Assembly: GCA_048938005.1 (NCBI GenBank)
Contig: JBHLMQ010000007.1
Coordinates: forward strand, 63,465-113,196
Direction of reading: 5' to 3'
DNA from: Promethearchaeota archaeon
Lineage (GTDB): Archaea; Asgardarchaeota; Lokiarchaeia; Sigyniarchaeales; SOKP01
Length of the DNA stretch: 49,732 bases
The notes under the pieces are model-generated. The model saw only the letters and a program-made list of their open reading frames with translations, was not told the origin of the DNA and ran no database searches. Both the position numbers and the translations under genes were made by a program. Position 1 is the stretch's first letter, and every line of letters begins with the position of its first letter. This document shows positions 28,757 through 38,957 of this stretch, one piece after another.

Positions 28757-29074
28757 ATGGCAATAAAGGACTCACTTAATGAAGTTCAAAAGATAGTTGA
28801 TAATTGGATCTATGAACATGGTGGATATTGGCCTCCTTTATCAATGATTTGTGCCATCATAGAAGAATTGGGAGAAGTTGCTAGGGAAATAAATTCTCTT
28901 GAAGGATATAAGCCCAAAAAATCTGAAATTTCAGATTCAAATTTAGGCGAGGAGTTAGCTGATCTTTTTTTTTCTATTGTGTGCGTTGCAAATCATTATA
29001 AAATTGATTTGGGGAAGGAATTTATTAATATGATAAACAAATATTCAGAAAGGGATTCAAACCGATTTTCTTAA
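28757..29074 (+). CDS. MazG-like nucleotide pyrophosphohydrolase (YpjD-like)
   Basis: EELGEVAREI...GEELAD motif. Confidence 0.9.
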   Translation: MAIKDSLNEVQKIVDNWIYEHGGYWPPLSMICAIIEELGEVAREINSLEGYKPKKSEISDSNLGEELADLFFSIVCVANHYKIDLGKEFINMINKYSERDSNRFS

Positions 29075-29205
29075 TATAGCACAGATCCATGGTTATCTTT
29101 TAGAATAGCATTACGAACTTAATTGTAATTTATAAAATTTTAATTGTTTAAACATTTCTATTTTATGAAGAAATAAGAAAGGATAACTAATTTAAAGATG
29201 AACTG

Positions 29206-30384
29206 ATGTTAAAAGAAGGATTAGAAAAACAAGAAATACTCAAAATTCTCAATGAAAAATTAAAACTAGACTATTCATACAAGTCAGGGTCAATATTGGG
29301 TTCAATGTGTACTGACCCTCTGGATTTTGGAGTTGAAGTCTATATGAAACATGTTTCTAAAAATCTTGGGGATCCTGGTTTGTTTTTAGGAACCGCAGCC
29401 TTAGAGGAAGAATTAGTGACTGAAATTGGAGAACTTTTTAGTGGAAAAAATATAATTGGGACTTTCACTACCGGTGGTTCAGAAGCAAATTTGATAGCTA
29501 TGAGAATTGCCAAAGAATTAAGATCTGATATTTCCAAACCTGAAGTTATTGTTCCCTGTTCTGCCCATTTATCTTTTGATAAAGCAGCTGATTTGCTTGG
29601 GATTAAACTTCGAAAAGCAAAATTAAAAGATAATTTTGAATTAGATCTAACTCATTTTGAATCCCTTATAAACAAAAACACTTGCGGTGTTGTAGGAATT
29701 GCCGGAACTACCTCATTAGGTTTGGTTGATCCAATCGATGATATTGGAAAAATTGTTGAGGATAAAGAGATTTTTTTCCATGTTGATGCTGCATTTGGAG
29801 GATTTGTATTACCATTCTTAAAAGAATTAAACTATTCAATCCCTGCTTGGGATTTTTCTGTTAAGTCGGTTGATTCGATAACAGCAGATCCCCATAAAAT
29901 GGGTTTAGGAATCATACCTTCTGGAGGATTTTTTCTTAGAGATACTTCAATTTTGCAGAAAACAGGATATGAAATTCCATATTTAGCTGGAGGGAATTTT
30001 AAACATTTTCATATAGTTGGAACTAGATCCGGAGGAACAGTTATAGCTTTTTGGACAATTATGAAATCTTTAGGAATTAATGGTTTTTTAAAAATCGTGA
30101 AAAAGTGTATGGATAATACTGAATATTTGAGTAAACAAATAAGTAAGATAAATGGTATTAAACTAGCTACCAAACCAGTTACAAATATAGTAGGAATTAC
30201 CACCGAAGGTGGAGAAAGTATTTGCGAAATTGATGATGAATTACGTAAAAGAAATTGGATGACGGGTAAATTTGAAGAATTTAATCTCATTAGGGTGGTG
30301 ATTATGCCACATGTTCAAAAAATCCATTTACAAAGATTTATTGAAGATTTAAAGAAAATTATTAAAAAGCTAAAGATTTCATAA
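29206..30384 (+). CDS. mfnA: PLP-dependent L-tyrosine/L-aspartate decarboxylase
   Basis: ILGSMCT, NLGDPGLF, GGSEAN, HVDAAFGG and ADPHKMG. Confidence 0.92.
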   Translation: MLKEGLEKQEILKILNEKLKLDYSYKSGSILGSMCTDPLDFGVEVYMKHVSKNLGDPGLFLGTAALEEELVTEIGELFSGKNIIGTFTTGGSEANLIAMRIAKELRSDISKPEVIVPCSAHLSFDKAADLLGIKLRKAKLKDNFELDLTHFESLINKNTCGVVGIAGTTSLGLVDPIDDIGKIVEDKEIFFHVDAAFGGFVLPFLKELNYSIPAWDFSVKSVDSITADPHKMGLGIIPSGGFFLRDTSILQKTGYEIPYLAGGNFKHFHIVGTRSGGTVIAFWTIMKSLGINGFLKIVKKCMDNTEYLSKQISKINGIKLATKPVTNIVGITTEGGESICEIDDELRKRNWMTGKFEEFNLIRVVIMPHVQKIHLQRFIEDLKKIIKKLKIS

Positions 30385-30674
30385 AAAAGTTTATTGAAGA
30401 CATTTATTTCTTTAATCAACTTAATAAGTATGTTTATTTCGATGATGCTTTTGATGGATTTAATTCTTATATAAAACATAGAGATATTATTCATTAGAAC
30501 TAATTTAAATTTCTTTACTTTTACTTTTTAATCGTATATATCTGAATAGAGATTTTATTAAAATTACCATTTAAAATAAAATAGCTAGAAAAAAAATATA
30601 TTTAGGACTAATTATTATTTTATTAATAGTAAGTTTATTTGGGAGTTTAATTTCAAAAACTTGGAATTAATGTC

Positions 30675-31457
30675 ATGGGCAAAGAAAAAAAAGCACTTGG
30701 AATAAAAACAACAAGGTACTATACAAAAAATTGTATAAAATGTGGTTTTGAATATCCTAATTGGTTTACTAATTGTCCTAAATGTGGAGCCGCATGGGAT
30801 GAGGCAGAAGCATTCACCGCACTTAAAGAAGCCCATAAAAAAACAATTAAAATTGTAGTAAAAATTACTGAAGAAGATTTTAATAAAGCTATTGTTAGTG
30901 TAAATTTAATTTTTAGTGCTGATCAAGGGAAATCATGGTATCAGATGGATATGGATGCTAAGATGGATTATTATATAGCTGAAATAGCTGAAGTTCCTGT
31001 TGGTTCAGTTGTAATTTATTATATTGAAGTCTATTTAGAAGATGGAGAGAAAATCATAGAAAATAACGATGACAAATATTTTTTTTATAAAGTTGGAGTA
31101 CCAATTGGAGAAGCCGAAAAAGAACCGCCAAAACGACAAAGTCAAGCTCTTAAGGAAAGCATTAAACAAACACCTATAAAACCTAAAAGGTATCAAAAAC
31201 CTCCAATAGAAGCACCAAATCAAAAAACGCATGTTACACGAGAAATGGTTGAGCAATCAACTATTATTCCTCAAGAGCAGATTAAAGCTCCAGAAATTCC
31301 ACAAGTAAAAAGTACTGAAGAATATGGGTCAAATGAATCGACTATTTTTGGTAGACCTCAAACAAAAATAGATCCAGACTTGAAAGTTTGTATTCATTGC
31401 AATTCTAAAATTAAAAAGATGTGGAGCACATGCCCAATATGCGGAAAAAATCTCTAG
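30675..31457 (+). CDS. Hypothetical protein with N- and C-terminal zinc ribbons and a central beta-rich domain
   Basis: CIKC...CPKC; beta-rich segment (SWYQMDM...YYIEVY...NNDDKYF); P/Q/K-rich linker; CIHC...CPIC. Confidence 0.8.
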   Translation: MGKEKKALGIKTTRYYTKNCIKCGFEYPNWFTNCPKCGAAWDEAEAFTALKEAHKKTIKIVVKITEEDFNKAIVSVNLIFSADQGKSWYQMDMDAKMDYYIAEIAEVPVGSVVIYYIEVYLEDGEKIIENNDDKYFFYKVGVPIGEAEKEPPKRQSQALKESIKQTPIKPKRYQKPPIEAPNQKTHVTREMVEQSTIIPQEQIKAPEIPQVKSTEEYGSNESTIFGRPQTKIDPDLKVCIHCNSKIKKMWSTCPICGKNL

Positions 31458-31561
31458 TTTGAGTTTTTAATTTCTCTATTGTATAATATTTTTAAAAATC
31501 AATTTTTATTTTTTAATAAAAGTCTATTTATAATAATTTTGATTTATTATAGACTTATTAT

Positions 31562-33184
31562 TTATAATTGTGTACCACATTTATTACAAAATGCATAATC
31601 AGATGATAGAATAGCACCACATTGTTTACATACTATGATTTCTTTTCCAGAAGGTTTCTTTGCTTCTGGTTGAACAGATGGGGGTAATGGTGTGGATATA
31701 AACGTAGCTGGTTTATTTTCAATATCAGATGCATTGGGGATGATTCTCAGTTGGCTAGTTTCTTGAGTTTCAGATTTTACTTTTGCTACAAACGGTACAA
31801 AAGCTTTAGCGGAAATTTGTTCAGGTTCATCAGTTTTTTGAGTCAACGTTTGAAAGAGGGATGGTGTGCCAGTTGTTTCTGTTGTTGGCATGGTTGGAAC
31901 TGAGACAACAGGTTTAGATTCTATTTTTTTAACTTTTTCTTTCTTTTCTTTTTTAGGTTTTTCCTTCTTTTCTTTTTTAACCTTCTTCATATCTTCTAAT
32001 AGTTTTTCTTGCTTCTCCTTTTCTTCTTTAAGTTTTTTCTCCTTTTCTTCTTTTTTTCTTTGTTTTTCAAGTTTTTTCTTATCCTTCTTAGAATAAATTG
32101 GTTCAGGTAAGTAATCCATTAAAGAATCTGATGCAGGTTCAGATCTACTCTCCGGTGCTATAAATGGAGTGGCACTTGAAGGAGTAGTTTCAATAGAAGG
32201 CATCTCTTGAGGTGTTTGAAATCCTTCGGGTGCTGGAGCTGGAACAGGAGCATGTGATGTAAAAGGAGCTGCTTTTGGTTTATATGTTTCTTCTTGAGGA
32301 AAAATTTGAGTTAGTTGTGAGGGAACTTCAGTAGCTAAAATTTCTTCTGGTTTTTTAAACGTAAATTCTACTGGTTCTCTAGCTTGTAGGTCTACTTGTG
32401 AGTCAGGTATAGGTATTTCCGGCTCATATTCTGGTTCCGGTACTGGGGGCGCCTCAAATTCAAATTCAGGTTCTGGTTCAAATGTAGGACTTGATTTGTA
32501 TACCGGAGTAGAAGATGGTTCTGGTACAGGAGGAGCAGCATAGTCTAATTCTGGTTCAAGTTTGCGTATAGGAGTGACATAAACTCCTGGAGCACTGATT
32601 GGAACATTACCAGGACTAAACACAATTCCCTTAGATATTAGTTGGTCAGGTACTCCTGAACCAATCATCAAACACGCAAGAATATAAAAACAATCACCAA
32701 CTCCCTCACCTGTTTTTGCCGAAGTTTCCATATAATATAAATTAAAATCGCTTGTGAAATTATTGACTTCTTCTAAAGAAACAGCTCTTTGATCAACTAA
32801 ATCGCTTTTATTGCCCACTAAAAGCAAGGGGATCTCGGTTTTAACATTTGCTCTTACTTCTTCTATCCATTGAGGTAAGTGGTCAAAACTTGCGGAATTG
32901 GTAAGATCATAGATTAATAATGCTCCTAATGATCCTCTATAATACATTGGTCGTATCGAGCTAAACCGTTCTTGTCCTCCTGTATCCCAGATCTGAAGTT
33001 TTGATCGTATGGGTCCTTCTACGGTATCAATTGTAATTGTTTTTACGTGAAAATCCACACCGATCGTCATTTTATAATCTTCTGTGAAAAAGCCTTTACT
33101 GAATCTGAGGGTTAATGCTGTTTTTCCAACCCCTCCGTCTCCTACGACAATCGATTTAAAGAGATAATCATATTCTTCTGCCAT
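31562..33184 (-). CDS. Rab-like small GTPase with long Pro-rich and K/E-rich tail and C-terminal zinc ribbon
   Basis: EYDYLFK, GDGGVGKT, TIGVDF, KLQIWDTGGQERF, YYRG, GNKSD, ETSAK; tail ends CKQC...CNKC. Confidence 0.93.
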   Translation of the reverse strand: MAEEYDYLFKSIVVGDGGVGKTALTLRFSKGFFTEDYKMTIGVDFHVKTITIDTVEGPIRSKLQIWDTGGQERFSSIRPMYYRGSLGALLIYDLTNSASFDHLPQWIEEVRANVKTEIPLLLVGNKSDLVDQRAVSLEEVNNFTSDFNLYYMETSAKTGEGVGDCFYILACLMIGSGVPDQLISKGIVFSPGNVPISAPGVYVTPIRKLEPELDYAAPPVPEPSSTPVYKSSPTFEPEPEFEFEAPPVPEPEYEPEIPIPDSQVDLQAREPVEFTFKKPEEILATEVPSQLTQIFPQEETYKPKAAPFTSHAPVPAPAPEGFQTPQEMPSIETTPSSATPFIAPESRSEPASDSLMDYLPEPIYSKKDKKKLEKQRKKEEKEKKLKEEKEKQEKLLEDMKKVKKEKKEKPKKEKKEKVKKIESKPVVSVPTMPTTETTGTPSLFQTLTQKTDEPEQISAKAFVPFVAKVKSETQETSQLRIIPNASDIENKPATFISTPLPPSVQPEAKKPSGKEIIVCKQCGAILSSDYAFCNKCGTQL

Positions 33185-33461
33185 TACACGTTCCCATTTT
33201 ACGTTTGAAATTATTATATATCGAAAAATTTTCTAAATTGTTCAAACTTTTATATATTATAACTATAAATACAAATTTATAATTTTATTTATAAAAACGA
33301 TATTCCGTTATTTTACTTATAACGAAGTAAGTTGTGGTTTTAATTCAAATTCATAAAGTTAATAAAAATCCTAAATATTAAAAAAAGATAATAATATTAA
33401 CGTGATTAGAAGGAAATTCTTCAATAATATTATATTAGAGTAATGAAAAAAATTTTTAATT

Positions 33462-34346
33462 CTAAATTAATTTATGAGCTTCTTCACATATATCGACATT
33501 TTCAAACCAGTGGTTAATTTTAGTTAGATCTTGCTGTGGAAATTCATATGAATGTTCTCGATCGGGGTAAATCCCATTTACAACTTCATCTCTGTAATCA
33601 CCCAAAGCACGACGAATGGATTCGCCAATATTACCAAAATATTTGACAAATTTAGGCTTTATTTCGGTAAAGATACCTAACATATCATGTATAACTATTA
33701 TTTGCCCATCACAATAAGGTCCAGCACCAATACCGATGGTAGGTATATCAACGCTGCTTGTAATTAATTTAGCTATTTGCCAAGGAATACTTTCCAAGAC
33801 AATAGAAAAAACACCTGCTTCTTCCAAGTTTTTTGCATCCAATATCAATTTTTTTGCGGCTTCAACCGTCTTTCCTTGAACCAAAAAACCCCCAAATTCA
33901 TAAATAGCTTGTGGAGTAAGACCTATATGGCCCATAACTTGTATATCTGCCTTGATCATTGCTTCGATTGTAAGACACATTTCTGTTCCTCCTTCAACTT
34001 TAACCGCTTCAGTACCACCCTCCTGAATGAATCTTCCTGCGTTTCTTACTGCTTCCTTTATATCTATTTTATATGAAAGAAATGGCATATCTCCAACAAG
34101 TAATGCATTTGATACTCCTCGACTGACGGCTTTACTATGATGAATCATCTCATCCATTGTTACTGATAAAGTATTTTTATATCCTAACATAACCATTGAA
34201 AGTGAATCTCCCACAAGAATTAGATCAATGTCACTCTCATCAACAATTTTCGCCATTGAGTAGTCATAAGCTGTTATTGTAACTATCTTTTCCCCTTTTT
34301 TCTTCTTCTCTATTATATCGTTTATAGTTACTTTTTGTAAGGACAT
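33462..34346 (-). CDS. panB: 3-methyl-2-oxobutanoate hydroxymethyltransferase
   Basis: [38 protein letters not shown] and DGQ. Confidence 0.97.
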   Translation of the reverse strand: MSLQKVTINDIIEKKKKGEKIVTITAYDYSMAKIVDESDIDLILVGDSLSMVMLGYKNTLSVTMDEMIHHSKAVSRGVSNALLVGDMPFLSYKIDIKEAVRNAGRFIQEGGTEAVKVEGGTEMCLTIEAMIKADIQVMGHIGLTPQAIYEFGGFLVQGKTVEAAKKLILDAKNLEEAGVFSIVLESIPWQIAKLITSSVDIPTIGIGAGPYCDGQIIVIHDMLGIFTEIKPKFVKYFGNIGESIRRALGDYRDEVVNGIYPDREHSYEFPQQDLTKINHWFENVDICEEAHKLI

Positions 34347-34593
34347 ATGTTCAAATAACTAATTAACTTTCAAAAATTTTATGCAAATTTGATTTTCATT
34401 TTATGAAAAAGTTTCATATTATTTCCTCTCTGGTGTGATTTTTTTTCTATATTGATAAATTAAAACTCTCAAAAAATATATTTGATATATTTATTTGCTT
34501 TAATTAGTGTTATATTCAAACTTTTTTAATAAGACTTTTAAACCAATGATTCATATATAAATACTACTAATAAAAAAAAAGAGATGGAGATTT

Positions 34594-35622
34594 ATGGTAG
34601 ATCCAAACGAGATTGATTTTTATTCATTAGGGTTTAACTTCATTGAAACAAAAACAATGTTTATAGCCAATCATAGGGATGGAAAATGGGACGATGGCAG
34701 ATTGATGCCGTTTGGAAATTTTGAGATTTCACCAGCATCTTGTGTATTGAATTATGGGCAAGGTATTTTTGAAGGAATGAAAGCTTTAAAAGCAAAAAAT
34801 GGGGAAATCATACTATTTCGTCCTGAAGAAAATGCGAAGAGATTCAATTTTAGTGCTAGAAGGATGTTGATGCCTGAATATGACATTGATAAATTTATTG
34901 ATGCTGTGAAGAAAGTCGTAAAAGCAAATGAAGAATTTATTCCACCAAATGATAGTGAAGGAGCTTTATATATTCGACCAATATTATTTGGATGTGGACC
35001 AATTCTCGGAGTACATTCAGCAGAAGAATTTAAATTGATCATCTTTACAGTTCCTGTTGGACCTTACTTTCCAGAAGGGTTTAAAGGAATAGATTTGGAA
35101 ATATCAAAAGTCTATACGAGAGCAGCGCCAGGAGGGACAGGTTCAGCAAAAACAATATGTAATTATGCTGGGACAATGTTACCGGCAAAAGAAGCAAAAG
35201 CCAGAGGTTTTGCCCAAATTATTTATTTAGATGCTGTTCATATGGAAAATATCGAAGAAGTTGGTGCAGCTAATTTTTTCGCAATGATTAATGGTAGGTT
35301 AGTGACTCCAAGAAAAACTGGGACGATTTTAGAAGGAATTACCAGAGAGTCCATTTTAGAACTTGCTTCCAAAAATTTAGGGATAAAAGTTGAAGAGAGA
35401 GACATATCCTTTAAAGAATTATATGAAGAATCATGCACAGAAGCATTCTGTTCTGGAACTGCTGCTATTATAACACCAATTGCATCTGTTGCTTTAGAAG
35501 GTAAAATACGGGTATTTAATAACCGAGAACCTGGGGAAATAACGATTAAAATATATGGATTATTGACTGGGATTCAACGAGGAGAAATTGAAGACAAGTT
35601 TGGATGGGTCATTAAATTATAA
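34594..35622 (+). CDS. ilvE: Branched-chain amino acid aminotransferase
   Basis: LNYGQGIFEGMKA, LYIRP, AKTICNYA, EEVGAANFF, ILEGITR and SGTAA. Confidence 0.95.
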   Translation: MVDPNEIDFYSLGFNFIETKTMFIANHRDGKWDDGRLMPFGNFEISPASCVLNYGQGIFEGMKALKAKNGEIILFRPEENAKRFNFSARRMLMPEYDIDKFIDAVKKVVKANEEFIPPNDSEGALYIRPILFGCGPILGVHSAEEFKLIIFTVPVGPYFPEGFKGIDLEISKVYTRAAPGGTGSAKTICNYAGTMLPAKEAKARGFAQIIYLDAVHMENIEEVGAANFFAMINGRLVTPRKTGTILEGITRESILELASKNLGIKVEERDISFKELYEESCTEAFCSGTAAIITPIASVALEGKIRVFNNREPGEITIKIYGLLTGIQRGEIEDKFGWVIKL

Positions 35623-35640
35623 TTTTATTCTTTAAATTTA

Positions 35641-36150
35641 TTAGTTTGAAATTCTTTGTATAAGAGAATTGAAAGCTTTTTTAACATTATATCCTGTTTT
35701 TGAAGAGATTTTTAAATAGCCTATTATATTATCATATTTATTTACTATTTCTGAAATATAATCATCAAAAACTTTACAGTCATTAAGATCGATTGTATCA
35801 CATTTTGTACCTAATATAAAAGCAGAAGTATTGCCATATTCATTTAATTTTTTTATCCACTCTTCTACACTTTCAAGAGTATTGAATCGAGATAAATCAA
35901 ACAAAATAAAAGCGGCAATTGATCCATCAACAAAATCGGTTAATAATTCTTTGAATTGATGTTGACCTGCAAAATCCCACATTACAAAATTGTATTCATG
36001 TTCATGTATTTTGAGGATTTTAGAAAAAAAGTCAACTCCTTTAGTTAGTTCACTATTATTATCGAAATTATCATGAATTAACCGGTTGAGAAATGAAGTT
36101 TTCCCTACACCACCATCTCCGGAAACAATGACTTTTACTGTTTTTTTCAT
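35641..36150 (-). CDS. Small GTPase (Rab/Roc-like, divergent G4)
   Basis: GDGGVGKT, TKGVDF, WDFAGQ, TKCD and SSK. Confidence 0.9.
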   Translation of the reverse strand: MKKTVKVIVSGDGGVGKTSFLNRLIHDNFDNNSELTKGVDFFSKILKIHEHEYNFVMWDFAGQHQFKELLTDFVDGSIAAFILFDLSRFNTLESVEEWIKKLNEYGNTSAFILGTKCDTIDLNDCKVFDDYISEIVNKYDNIIGYLKISSKTGYNVKKAFNSLIQRISN

Positions 36151-36331
36151 ATCAATATTTTCTATTTTATTTTAAATTTAAAAAAGTACGATAAAATATG
36201 ATTTGCGTAATAATAGCACATAAAAAAGTTTTGTTATATGCTGATTATATAACTTACTATAATGTAAATTATAAATGGGAAAAAGTTCCCCGAAGAAAAG
36301 GCTAAAATCTCTTTAGAGTTTAATCAATTCA

Positions 36332-36733
36332 TTATATTTTAAGAAGTTGTGAACTTCCTGTGCAAATAAGGTCTCCATTTTCATTCCATATTTTTGCCTT
36401 GCAAAAGAAGATATTTTTTCCACTTTTAATACATTTAGCTTTTGCCTTCAATCGCCCCTTAGAAACTGGTTTAAGAAACTCAACTTGCAGATCTATCGTC
36501 GTAATTGATCCATTTGGAAATATCAATGAAAGCGCAGCACAAGCACAAGTAGAATCAATAAGAGATGCTAAAACTCCACCATGGATCATTCCATTCTGAG
36601 TTAGTGCCTCTCTTATTTTGATTTCGAAAATGGCAATTCCATTAGCAATTTCTTGAATTTCAAAACCTAAGGTTGAATAGTATGGTATCATTTTATAAAG
36701 AAGTCCTATTAAATCCTTCATTTTAATCATCAT
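36332..36733 (-). CDS. PaaI-family hotdog-fold thioesterase
   Basis: HGGVLASLID, TIDLQVEFLKP. Start probably 36733, not 36817. Confidence 0.9.
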   Translation of the reverse strand: MMIKMKDLIGLLYKMIPYYSTLGFEIQEIANGIAIFEIKIREALTQNGMIHGGVLASLIDSTCACAALSLIFPNGSITTIDLQVEFLKPVSKGRLKAKAKCIKSGKNIFFCKAKIWNENGDLICTGSSQLLKI

Positions 36734-36823
36734 TCTCTTTCTAAATCTAATATTATCAATTAACAAAAAATAATATATTTTTTTAAAGGGAAAAAAATAA
36801 AATAAATGATATCCCATTAATTC

Positions 36824-37717
36824 TTGATGCTAAAATTTACAATAAATAACTTTCTCGACCTTAGATTGGAGGATGGGAAAACAAACATTTATGTTAACAA
36901 TGAATTATTTACACATTGCAAACATATTTTATTGGATGTCCCTATTGAAGATATTGATGAGTTTAGTTCAATTGATCAGGCTTTAGAAAAATTAGATAAT
37001 CGTTATGAATTTTCAAGTGAATTAAAAGCTAAAATTTCTCCAGAAACACTATTTTGGGCTCATTGTTCGAATATTCAAGCATGGTATGAAAACAATTATA
37101 ACGCGTATTTAATCCATAGTAATTTAGCATTTCCATTACTTAGAAAGTTAATGGAGGCAGGAGATTTTCTTGCAGCGAAGGTGTTCAAAGAACAAGTAGC
37201 AAAAAGATTTGAAAGTGGTAATTTGAATGTAATCCGATTTCTCCTGTTTAATCAATATTTAAATTGTTTAAATAAAGAAGAGTTAGAACTTTTACTGGAA
37301 CAAACAAGCCCTAATTTAACCAAACATGTCATAAGCCAACTTGAGAAACTGATGGAATCAACACTCTCTAATTACAGGAAAATAAAAGAATTAATAGATT
37401 TATTACTGTTCCTTGATTTAAAATATAATCAAAATTTTATATTATATATACTTGATAATTTATCCAAAAAATTAAAAGTTCAATTTGCACAATTAATAAT
37501 TCTTCATCTAAATTATAAAGAATTTATTCATTACACAATCTCTTATGGGAAATATTTTACATATTTTGAAGAAATTCTTGATTTTATGTATGAAAACTAT
37601 CCAGAAATTGATGATTTGTTAAAAATGTTAGATTCTGGTTTTATTAGTGGTGCCATTTCTTTAGATGAAAAGTTTTCATATGGAGCTGTATCTTACAATA
37701 AAAATATTTCAGCTTAA
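36824..37717 (+). CDS. Lokiarchaeal expanded-family hypothetical protein (domain often found with LRRs)
   Basis: LRLEDGKTNIYV...CKHILL...FWAHCSNIQAWYENNY...HSNLAFPLLRKL...FKEQVAKRFESG, recalled as a multi-copy Loki domain. No LRRs here. Confidence 0.7.
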   Translation: MMLKFTINNFLDLRLEDGKTNIYVNNELFTHCKHILLDVPIEDIDEFSSIDQALEKLDNRYEFSSELKAKISPETLFWAHCSNIQAWYENNYNAYLIHSNLAFPLLRKLMEAGDFLAAKVFKEQVAKRFESGNLNVIRFLLFNQYLNCLNKEELELLLEQTSPNLTKHVISQLEKLMESTLSNYRKIKELIDLLLFLDLKYNQNFILYILDNLSKKLKVQFAQLIILHLNYKEFIHYTISYGKYFTYFEEILDFMYENYPEIDDLLKMLDSGFISGAISLDEKFSYGAVSYNKNISA

Positions 37718-37754
37718 AATTAACTGTTTTTTTAATATTTTATTAATTAAAACT

Positions 37755-38540
37755 TCATATTTCTAAACTTTTTGCCAAATAATAATAGCTATAAGCTCTT
37801 CTGAGTCCAAGTTTTGCATATAAGTTCACTGCTTCTTTATTTTCACTTTCTACTTGTAGCCAAATCTTCTCAACTCCATTTGGAATCCCCCATTCTTTAA
37901 TAATTTTAAGAAACATTGATGTAGCAATTTTTTGTCGCCGAAAATCAGGATCTACCAGCATGTCAGCTATATATAGAAATCCATGTGGATCTAAAATGCC
38001 CGTGAGAGCTCCAACAATTTTACTTTCATATTTAGCTATCAAAAAACACTTTCTTGGTATGATGATTCTATTTGCTAATGCATTTAATACTTTTTGTGCT
38101 TCATTATCTCTTTTAGAATAGTTAGCCAAAAAATTTGAAAATTCTTCTACTCGTTGATTATAAAAATCATATGAAAATTCTTCATTAATCGGTTCACTCT
38201 TTAAATCCTGAACGGAAATTATCATAGTGTATGTGATACACCCCAATTGTTGATATCCGAGTTCTATTAATTTAATATCTAGATTGTGAGGCTCGAAAAA
38301 TTCTGGGATAGTAAAGATTGTCGGAAGATTATGGGCTTGATAGGCCTTTTCAACAAAATTTATATCTTCATCAATAGTATTTGAATCACCTGTATAATTT
38401 AGAGGAAAAACGGAATTTGCTCGAGCAGTCACACCATCATTAAAACGTATTATCCAACCATTTAAAAAATAATAATGGTCTGCAGGCCATGAATTCATCA
38501 AAATCTCTTGCAATTGTTTGATTTCTTTCATTTTAGACAT
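37755..38540 (-). CDS. GNAT-family N-acetyltransferase
   Basis: RANSV N-terminal motif; VDPDFRRQKIA, WLQVESENKEAVNLYAKLG. Confidence 0.9.
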   Translation of the reverse strand: MSKMKEIKQLQEILMNSWPADHYYFLNGWIIRFNDGVTARANSVFPLNYTGDSNTIDEDINFVEKAYQAHNLPTIFTIPEFFEPHNLDIKLIELGYQQLGCITYTMIISVQDLKSEPINEEFSYDFYNQRVEEFSNFLANYSKRDNEAQKVLNALANRIIIPRKCFLIAKYESKIVGALTGILDPHGFLYIADMLVDPDFRRQKIATSMFLKIIKEWGIPNGVEKIWLQVESENKEAVNLYAKLGLRRAYSYYYLAKSLEI

Positions 38541-38555
38541 TAAAGTATCATTCTT

Positions 38556-38720
38556 CTATTCTTTTGTAATTTTTTTACTTCTTTTGTTCTTTCTTACCAT
38601 AACTTTCCGTTTGCTAAAATTAGTACCACAATATCCACATATAGGTGCTGATTGGCCAAGTTGTTTTCCACAAGTGGGACAAAATTTTGGTCCCGATAAG
38701 CAATTATCTCTAATTTCTAT
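38556..38720 (-). CDS. Small zinc-ribbon protein with basic tail (absent from the ORF track; start uncertain)
   Basis: Hand translation: IEIRDNCLSGPKFCPTCGKQLGQSAPICGYCGTNFSKRKVMVRKNKRSKKITKE*. Confidence 0.6.
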   Translation of the reverse strand: MEIRDNCLSGPKFCPTCGKQLGQSAPICGYCGTNFSKRKVMVRKNKRSKKITKE

Positions 38721-38957
38721 TCACTTTTATTGTTAATGTATAAATTGTTTTAAATTCATATTCGGAAAAGGGGACTTATTAAGCTGTGCGGTTATTTTAA
38801 TAACATTTTTCTTAGATTTTTTATTCTGCTCAACTCCCATAAAGACAAGAAATATTAAAAATTAAAAAAATTTTCTAAGAAAATATTTGGGAACTCGACA
38901 AAAATACTAAATTCATACCCTGTTTTTCTTTAAAAATAGACAATAATTGATAGATTT

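Noticed and set aside
31920-32090. Low-complexity T/C-rich tract as a DNA repeat
   Set aside because: It is explained by the Lys/Glu-rich coding segment of the Rab-like gene on the minus strand.
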